Position numbers and translations under genes: made by a program
Shown: positions 46,862 through 53,358 of the stretch, in pieces
Layout of the letters: each line of letters opens with the position of its first letter
Numbering within the stretch: position 1 is the first letter of the stretch
Assembly (NCBI GenBank): GCA_043754535.1
Contig: JAYUUN010000028.1
Coordinates: 1 to 53,358 of the forward strand
Reading direction: 5' to 3'
DNA from: Chloroflexota bacterium
GTDB taxonomy: Bacteria > Chloroflexota > Chloroflexia > QHBQ01
DNA: 53,358 nucleotides
Notes under the pieces: generated by a model
The model's input: the letters and a program-made list of their open reading frames with translations, nothing else
What the model was told of the DNA's origin: nothing
The model's database searches: none

Positions 46862-47971
46862 ATGAACGATGAGCGACGGTACTATCTGGCCTTTAATCTT
46901 ACCAGTGGGGTTGGCCCCACGCGCCTGCGCTTGCTGCGTGACCGCTGCGGCAGCTTGGCGGCGGCTTGGCAGGCCAGCGCAGCAACCTTGCAAGCGACAG
47001 GGCTTGACGGCAAGACGGTGGAGGCTATCCTCAGCAAGCGGGCGAAGCTCGACCTTGACGCAGAGCTAGCGAAGCTGGAGCGGCTGGGGGTGAGCATCGT
47101 CACCTGGGATGATAATGAATATCCCTTGCGTCTGCGCGAGATTGCCAACTCGCCACCCCTGCTCTACGTGCGTGGTGAGGTCGGGTTGAGGGATGAGACG
47201 GCGGTGGCTATCGTTGGCACCCGCGAGATGTCACCTTATGGCAAGCAGATTGCCTACGAACTGGGGCGCGACCTGGCCCAGAACGGCGTGACTGTGGTCA
47301 GCGGGCTGGCTCGTGGAGTGGATACAGAGGCACATAGGGGGGCGTTGGCGGTGGGCGGGCGCACCATCGCAGTGCTGGGTTGTGGGGTAGACACGATCCA
47401 CCCCTTCAGCAACCGCCAGCTTGGGCAGCAGATCATCGCCAGTGGCGCACTGGTCAGCGACTATGCGGTGGGCATACGGCCAGAGGCGGCCAACTTCCCG
47501 CCCCGTAACCGCATTATCAGCGGCCTCAGCCTGGGGGTGATCGTGGTCGAGGCGGGGGCGCGCTCTGGTGCGCTGATCACCGTCGCCTTTGCTTTGGAGC
47601 AAGGCCGCGAGGTGTTCTCCGTGCCAGGCGACGTGACCAGGCTTAGTAGCATTGGCACCAACGACTTGATCAGGAATGGCGCGCGGCTGGTCAGTAGCGC
47701 GCAAGATGTGCTGGATGAACTGCGCCTGGCAGACGCGCCGGTGCAGTTGGAGATGAAGCAGATGTTGCCGAGCGACCCGACCGAGAGCAGGCTGCTGACC
47801 ATCCTCAGCCGCCAGCCTCAACACTTGGACGAGATCAGCCGCGAGAGCGAACTGTCCGCCGCCCAGGTCAGCGCAACCTTGCTAATGATGGCCCTCAAAG
47901 GGATGGTGCGCGAAGTGGGGCCGGGTCTGTACGTCAGTATGTTAGTACATTTTGAAGGACAGGACGGGTAA
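46862..47971 (+). CDS. dprA: DNA-processing protein DprA
   Basis: PPLLYVRG, VAIVGTR, VSGLARGVD..AH, FPPRNRIISGLS, SGALIT and GREVFSVPG; C-terminal wHTH. Confidence 0.95.
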   Translation: MNDERRYYLAFNLTSGVGPTRLRLLRDRCGSLAAAWQASAATLQATGLDGKTVEAILSKRAKLDLDAELAKLERLGVSIVTWDDNEYPLRLREIANSPPLLYVRGEVGLRDETAVAIVGTREMSPYGKQIAYELGRDLAQNGVTVVSGLARGVDTEAHRGALAVGGRTIAVLGCGVDTIHPFSNRQLGQQIIASGALVSDYAVGIRPEAANFPPRNRIISGLSLGVIVVEAGARSGALITVAFALEQGREVFSVPGDVTRLSSIGTNDLIRNGARLVSSAQDVLDELRLADAPVQLEMKQMLPSDPTESRLLTILSRQPQHLDEISRESELSAAQVSATLLMMALKGMVREVGPGLYVSMLVHFEGQDG

Positions 47972-49156
47972 ATGACCACAATCGGCGAGCCGTCGCTGCA
48001 CCTAATGCTGACCACCGACGCGGTGGGCGGGGTCTGGCGATACAGCCTGCAACTTAGCCGCGCCCTGGCCGCCCACAACGTCGCGGTGACGATGGTCTGC
48101 GTTGGGCGGTCGCCAGACAGCGAGCAGCAGGCGGAGATAGCAAGCATACCAAACCTGCGTCGCCTGCACCTGATCCCTGGCAAGTTGGAGTGGGAGCAGG
48201 ATAGCGCGGCGGAGATAGTGGCGGCCCGCCAGCAGCTAGCCAGCATCGTAGCCGAGGAGCAGCCTGATCTGCTGCACACCAACCAGTTCTGCTTTGGCGA
48301 CCTGCCGACCGCCTGCCCGCGCCTGGTCGTCGGCCACAGCGATATACTCAGTTGGCGCGAGTGGTGTGCAGATGACTACACCGCACCCTCCTGGCTGGCC
48401 TTCCTTGCGTACTACCAACGGCTGGTAGAGGCTGGCTTGCGGGGGGCGCAGGCGGTGGTCGCGCCCTCACACTTCATGGCAGGCTGCCTGCAAAAGCATT
48501 ATGCCTTTGCTACGACCCCGCAGGTGATCGCCAACGGCATCAACATCAAGCCTGCGACGGCAGTGAAGGAGCGGATCGCGATTGTGGCTGGGCGGCTGTG
48601 GGACAAGGCAAAGAATGTGGGTATCATGGTTGAAGCCCTCAAGAGCCTGCCTAGCAGCAGCTACCAGGCTACCGCCAACCTGCTCGTACTGCTAGCCGGG
48701 GAGGGAGATGTGACGGGCACTGGTACGGCGGTGAAGTTGAACGACAGCTTGCCACGCCTGCGCCCCCGCAATGACGGCGCGATCCAGTACCTCGGCTATC
48801 TCGACACCGAGCATCTTTACCAGCAGCTTGCCCGCGCCAGCATCTATCTGGCGGTCAGCCGCTACGAGCCGTTCGGCCTGGCGGTGGTCGAAGGGGCATT
48901 GCATGGCTGCGCAGTATTGGCAAACGACATCCCTACCTTCCGTGAAGTCTGGGGCGACGATGCGGTGTACTTCACCCACAACAGCCCTGCCAGCCTTCGT
49001 TCGCGCCTCAGTTGGCTGCTAACCCACCCGCAGCAGTTGGCCGACTACGGTGAGCGCGCAAGAGCGCGGTCAGCCCGCCTCTACAACGCCAACACAATGG
49101 CAGCGGCATACAATCTGCTGTATAGAAGCACGGTGCAGCACAGGGACGGAGGATGA
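47972..49156 (+). CDS. GT4-family glycosyltransferase
   Basis: MLTTDAVGGVWRY, AGRLWDKAKN and YEPFGLAVVEGA. Confidence 0.88.
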   Translation: MTTIGEPSLHLMLTTDAVGGVWRYSLQLSRALAAHNVAVTMVCVGRSPDSEQQAEIASIPNLRRLHLIPGKLEWEQDSAAEIVAARQQLASIVAEEQPDLLHTNQFCFGDLPTACPRLVVGHSDILSWREWCADDYTAPSWLAFLAYYQRLVEAGLRGAQAVVAPSHFMAGCLQKHYAFATTPQVIANGINIKPATAVKERIAIVAGRLWDKAKNVGIMVEALKSLPSSSYQATANLLVLLAGEGDVTGTGTAVKLNDSLPRLRPRNDGAIQYLGYLDTEHLYQQLARASIYLAVSRYEPFGLAVVEGALHGCAVLANDIPTFREVWGDDAVYFTHNSPASLRSRLSWLLTHPQQLADYGERARARSARLYNANTMAAAYNLLYRSTVQHRDGG

Positions 49157-50316
49157 TGATCGACAAGCCTGGCAGCGACCGCCCTCAGCAGAGCAAACTA
49201 AACTTTGCGATCTTCGGCCATTCGATCCGCTCGGACTGGAACCACGGCAACGCCCACTTCCTGCGCGGTCTGGTGCGGGCGTTGCAGGGGCTGGGCCACC
49301 GCGTTACCTTCTATGAAGCGCGTAGGAACTGGTCGCTGGACAACCTGCGCCGCGATCACGGCGACGCGCCGCTGATCGAGTTCACCGCGCGCTTCCCTGA
49401 CATCGTGATGGAACTCTACCGTCCTGGCCTGCTGCAAGAGCCAGCCGCATTGAGGGCGTGGCTGGGTGAGACGCTGGCGGGGGTGGATGTGGCGATTGTA
49501 CATGAGTGGAACGAACCTGACCTGGTCCACGCGGTTGGCGAACTGCGGCGCAGTGGGCAGTTGCCTGGCAGCCGCGTCTACTTCCACGACACCCATTATC
49601 GGGCCTACAGCGAGCCGGAGGTGATGCGCGCCCTGCGGCTGGAACATTACGACGGCATCCTCTCCTTCAGCCCGGCGATCACCGAAATCTACCAGCGCGA
49701 GTTTGGCCTGCCGCACGTCTATACCCTGCACGAGGCGGCTGACCCCGACACCTTCCGCCCGCTGACCATGCCGAAGGAACAGGACGTGGTGTTCATCGGC
49801 AACTGGGGCGACGGCGACCGCAATGAGCCGCTGGAAAGCTACCTGTTGGAGCCGAGCAACCTGCTACCAGAGCTACGTTTCTCGCTCTACGGCGTACGCT
49901 ACCATGAGGAAGCCCTGCGCCGCGTCCACGAGCAGTCGCGGGTACGCTACCGGGGCTGGGTCGCCAACTACCGCACGCCGCTGGTCTATGCCGCCAGCAA
50001 GATGAGCATCCACCTGCCACGCAAGCAGTACACCGAAGCAGTCTGGGGTACGCCAACGATCCGCGTGTTCGAGGTGCTAGCCTGCGGCCTCCCCCTCCTC
50101 AGCCTGCCCTGGCCTGACCCGGAGGGGCTGTTCCGTGTCGGGGAGGACTACCTGGTGGTGCGCGATCAGGCAGAGATGGTGGCAACCATGCGCGCCCTGG
50201 CGGACGATGAGGCAGCCCGCAAGAAGATCGGGCAGAGCGGTCGCCAGCGCATCCTGGAGCGGCACACCGTCACCCACCGGGCGCGGCAGTTGGTGGAGAT
50301 CGTTACCGCGCAGTAG
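49153..50316 (+). CDS. CgeB-family glycosyltransferase
   Basis: HSIRSDWNHGNAHFLRG, VHEWN, FHDTH, GNWGD and PTIRVFEVLACG. Confidence 0.85.
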   Translation: MMIDKPGSDRPQQSKLNFAIFGHSIRSDWNHGNAHFLRGLVRALQGLGHRVTFYEARRNWSLDNLRRDHGDAPLIEFTARFPDIVMELYRPGLLQEPAALRAWLGETLAGVDVAIVHEWNEPDLVHAVGELRRSGQLPGSRVYFHDTHYRAYSEPEVMRALRLEHYDGILSFSPAITEIYQREFGLPHVYTLHEAADPDTFRPLTMPKEQDVVFIGNWGDGDRNEPLESYLLEPSNLLPELRFSLYGVRYHEEALRRVHEQSRVRYRGWVANYRTPLVYAASKMSIHLPRKQYTEAVWGTPTIRVFEVLACGLPLLSLPWPDPEGLFRVGEDYLVVRDQAEMVATMRALADDEAARKKIGQSGRQRILERHTVTHRARQLVEIVTAQ

Positions 50317-50415
50317 TTAACGGGGCGTAGGGAACAAGAGAAAAGAGAGCCTCGCGGCGGACGCTTGTACTGTGCAGTGATCTTTTCAGCAGCTCACTAA
50401 CTTGAGGAGCAACTT

Positions 50416-51522
50416 TTGGCAAACATCACGATGATCGGCAGCAGCATCGTCTCTGCCTACTGGAATGGCGCAGCGACGTATTATCGGGGCATCTGCAAGG
50501 CACTGGCAGCGCGGGGCCACGCTATCACCTTCGTCGAACAGGACATCCTGGAGCGGCAGCAGCGGCGCGACATCGAGCCACCATCCTACCTGGCTGCCTG
50601 GCGGTTGCTGGACGTGAGCGCGGGGACAGAGCAGCTAGAAGCCGCCATCGCCGAGGCTGGGCAGCAGAGCGAGATCGTGATCTGTTGCAGCGGGCTGGGC
50701 GCGAATGACGGGCTGGTCCAGCAGCTTGTGGCCGAGTTGCCGGGAACGGCGGGCCGCGGGCTGCTCAATATCTTCTGGGATGTGGACGCACCGGCTACGC
50801 TAGAGCAGGCCGCAGAGCGCGACTGGCCCTTCAGCCGCCTCGTGCAGCACTTTGCCATGATCCTTACCTACGGCGGCGGCCTGCCAGTTGTCGAGGGCTA
50901 CCAACGGCTGGGGGCGCGGGCTGTCTACCCGGTCTACAACGCGGTTGACCCAGAGGAGTACCACGTGGTCGTCCCCGACCCGCAGCTAGCCTGCGACCTG
51001 CTGCTGATGGCGAACCGCCTGCCTGACCGCGAGGCGCGCATCCACGACCTGTTCTTTGCGGCGGCACGGCTAGCCCCTGACAAGCGGTTCATCCTCGGCG
51101 GCGAGGGCTGGGCTGATGTGGACTTGCCCGCCAACGTGCGCTACGTCGGCCATGTGCCAACCACCCAACACAACGTGATGAACTGCTCGGCGCAATTTGT
51201 CCTCAATGTCAACCGCCAAGCGATGGTGGATTATGGCTACTCGCCACCCACACGGGTGTTCGAGGCGGCGGGCTGCGCCAGTTGCCTGATCACCGATGCC
51301 TGGAAGGGGGTGGAGATGTTTCTTGAGCCGGGTCACGAGGTGTTGGTTGCTGCCAGCGCAGAGCAGATCGCGAGCTATCTGTACCAGATCAGCGCAGTGC
51401 AGGCCCAGGCTATCGGTGCAGCAGCCCGCCAGCGCGTCCTTGCCGCCCACACCTACGACCAGCGTGCAACACAGCTAGACACGATCTGGCAGCAATACCT
51501 CGCGCACATAGGCCAACAATGA
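50416..51522 (+). CDS. CgeB-family glycosyltransferase
   Basis: GSSIVSAYWNGAATYYRG, FWDVDAPATL, NRLPDREAR and SPPTRVFEAAG. TTG start after GAGGAG. Confidence 0.85.
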   Translation: MANITMIGSSIVSAYWNGAATYYRGICKALAARGHAITFVEQDILERQQRRDIEPPSYLAAWRLLDVSAGTEQLEAAIAEAGQQSEIVICCSGLGANDGLVQQLVAELPGTAGRGLLNIFWDVDAPATLEQAAERDWPFSRLVQHFAMILTYGGGLPVVEGYQRLGARAVYPVYNAVDPEEYHVVVPDPQLACDLLLMANRLPDREARIHDLFFAAARLAPDKRFILGGEGWADVDLPANVRYVGHVPTTQHNVMNCSAQFVLNVNRQAMVDYGYSPPTRVFEAAGCASCLITDAWKGVEMFLEPGHEVLVAASAEQIASYLYQISAVQAQAIGAAARQRVLAAHTYDQRATQLDTIWQQYLAHIGQQ

Positions 51523-52589
51523 AACTGATCTTCTTTGGTCTCTCAATCACCTCTAGCTGGGGCAACGGCCACGCGACCACCTATCGCGGGCTGCTTAAGG
51601 CCCTGGCAGCGGCAGGTCATGACCTCACCTTTATCGAGAAGCGCACCGACTACTATGCGGCCAACACCGACGCGCCTCCAGCAGCCATCCCCTACGCCCG
51701 CGTGATACTGTACGAGGATTGGGTGCAGGAGGGGCAGCCACAAGCCGCCACCGCCGCCCTGGGGGCCGATGCGGTCGTCCTCGGCTCCTATTGCGCCGAC
51801 GGCGTGCAGATCGCCAACTGGCTGGCCGCTAGCTATGACGGCCCCAGCTTCTACTACGACATTGATACGCCGGTGACGCTTAAGGCCTGGCGGGCGGGGC
51901 AGGAGGTAGCCTACATCCAGCGGCGGCAGTTGACCCAGTTTGCGGCAGTCCTCAGCTTCACTGGCGGACAGGCACTGGCTGACCTGCGCCACTTCGGAGC
52001 GCGGGAAGCGGTGCCGCTCTACTGTGCGGTCGACCCCGACCTGCACCGCCCGGTGCCGATCCGCGACGATTTGCAGGCAGAGCTTGGTTACATGGGGACT
52101 TACTCGGTGGATCGGGTGGCGGCGGTGGACTACCTGTTCTTTCAGCCCGCCCGCACTCTGGTAGAGCGACGCTTCATCATTGCTGGGCCACAGTACCCCG
52201 ACGTAGATCGCTGGCCTGCCAACGTGCTGCACATCCCCCACCTCTACCCAGCAGACCACAGCGCGTTCTACTGCTCTACCCGGCTGACGGTCAACGCCAC
52301 AAGGCAGGCGATGGTTTACTACGGCTACTGCCCATCAGTGCGCCTGTTCGAGGCGGCGGGCTGCGCGGCACCCGTGCTGAGCGATGTCTGGCAGGGTTTG
52401 GACGAGCTATTCACGCCCGACAAAGAGATTCTGCTAGCCGAGAACGCCGCCGATGTACTCGCACACCTGCAACGCCCTACTGCGGAGCTACGCGCTATTG
52501 GGCAGGCCGCCTACCAGCGCGTGCTACGTGAACACACCTATGCCGTCCGCGCCCACCAGCTAGAAGGCTATATCGCGGCTGCCCGCTGA
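51519..52589 (+). CDS. CgeB-family glycosyltransferase
   Basis: GLSITSSWGNGHATTYRGL, FYYDIDTPVT, GYMGTYS.DR and PSVRLFEAAGC. Confidence 0.85.
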   Translation: MKLIFFGLSITSSWGNGHATTYRGLLKALAAAGHDLTFIEKRTDYYAANTDAPPAAIPYARVILYEDWVQEGQPQAATAALGADAVVLGSYCADGVQIANWLAASYDGPSFYYDIDTPVTLKAWRAGQEVAYIQRRQLTQFAAVLSFTGGQALADLRHFGAREAVPLYCAVDPDLHRPVPIRDDLQAELGYMGTYSVDRVAAVDYLFFQPARTLVERRFIIAGPQYPDVDRWPANVLHIPHLYPADHSAFYCSTRLTVNATRQAMVYYGYCPSVRLFEAAGCAAPVLSDVWQGLDELFTPDKEILLAENAADVLAHLQRPTAELRAIGQAAYQRVLREHTYAVRAHQLEGYIAAAR

Positions 52590-52634
52590 TCGGCGGAGGC
52601 CCTGGTGCAAGCACGATTCTGCTTCCATACTTGG

Positions 52635-52830
52635 CTTTCCACAATTCGTGTATAACTTGTGGATAACCAGCCTGGGCTGCGATCTCTGGAGCAAGCTGGT
52701 TGGGGCAGAGACAGCCAATGTGCCTGAGAGGTCAGTGGGCCAGCAGAACTGTCCACATCTTTTCCCCATTTGTGGATAACCACTTGCGCCCGATTCTTAG
52801 ATGTGCTAGAATAAACACATCGAACGTGAC
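52635..52830. other. Probable oriC (DnaA-box cluster upstream of dnaN)
   Basis: Perfect TGTGGATAA at 52658 and 52771; near-matches CTTTCCACA (52635), CGTGTATAA (52647), CTGTCCACA (52749) and TTTTCCCCA (52760), in both orientations; AT-richer stretch at 52793-52820. Confidence 0.7.
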
Positions 52831-52891
52831 TAATCCCCATGCTGGGATAAATCGCCTGAACCCAACAGTTGCTAGAGAGGGCGCAATTGAG

Positions 52892-53358
52892 ATGAAGATT
52901 ACTGTACTGCAAGAACACCTGGCGAAGGGTTTGGGGCTGGTCAGCAAGGCTGTAGCGAACAAGACCACTTTGCCGGTGTTGAACAACATCCTGCTGGAGA
53001 CCGAGAACGGTCGCCTCAAGCTGGGGGCAACCAATCTGGAGATGGGCATTACTACCTGGATCGACTGTCAGGTGGAGGAGGAGGGGGCGACTACGATCCC
53101 CGCCAAGCTGCTCAACGACTTCATCTCCAGCCTGCCAAACGAGCGCATTGACATGATCGGTGACGAGCGCAGTCACAACCTCAGCATGAAGTGTGACCGC
53201 TTCGAGGCCAACATCAAGGGCCTGGACGCTGCCGAGTTCCCAGTCATCCCCCAGGTAGGTAACCAACCGGTGGTCGCCACGATCAAGGCCAGCGTATTGC
53301 ATGGCGCACTCACTCAACTGGTCTTTGTCGCTGCTACCGACGACACCCGACCGGTGCT
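52892..53358 (+). CDS. dnaN: DNA polymerase III beta sliding clamp, partial (runs off the window end)
   Basis: Not in the ORF track. Manual translation gives MKITVLQEHLAKGLGLVSKAVANKTTLPVLNNILLETENGRLKLGATNLEMGI...G.DAAEFP...AATDDTRPV. Confidence 0.96.
   Translation, partial: MKITVLQEHLAKGLGLVSKAVANKTTLPVLNNILLETENGRLKLGATNLEMGITTWIDCQVEEEGATTIPAKLLNDFISSLPNERIDMIGDERSHNLSMKCDRFEANIKGLDAAEFPVIPQVGNQPVVATIKASVLHGALTQLVFVAATDDTRPV

Overview
GC-rich chromosomal segment, most likely from a Chloroflexota bacterium (inferred from the SLH-domain protein style, GAAC-N4-GTTC LexA boxes and gene repertoire). It lies next to the probable replication origin: a DnaA-box cluster followed by partial dnaN at the right end, with no dnaA in the window. 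Most of it is housekeeping and envelope genes (birA, cdd, prs, glmU, greA, lysS, dcd, lexA, smpB, scpA, dprA, tRNA-Asp, tRNA-Leu, an ECF sigma/anti-sigma pair, transporters, glycosyltransferases). I found no IS, prophage or CRISPR array. Most interesting signals: (1) an orphan CcrM-like methyltransferase followed by a second array of co-oriented DnaA boxes and a promoter/leader with six GANTC sites, driving dcd and an MtrA-like/thymidylate synthase/DUF4346-like fusion, a candidate replication- and methylation-coupled dTTP supply module; (2) a ~650-nt, three-domain, heavily base-paired RNA upstream of an SH3-SH3-NlpC/P60 cell-wall hydrolase, matching no family I recognise; (3) a VirB4-like protein with degenerate Walker motifs flanked by peptidoglycan hydrolases downstream of lexA; (4) attenuator-like leaders on glmU-prs, greA and dcd; (5) a DeoC-fold protein lacking its catalytic lysine. 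All family calls come from motif recognition by eye; no database searches were run.
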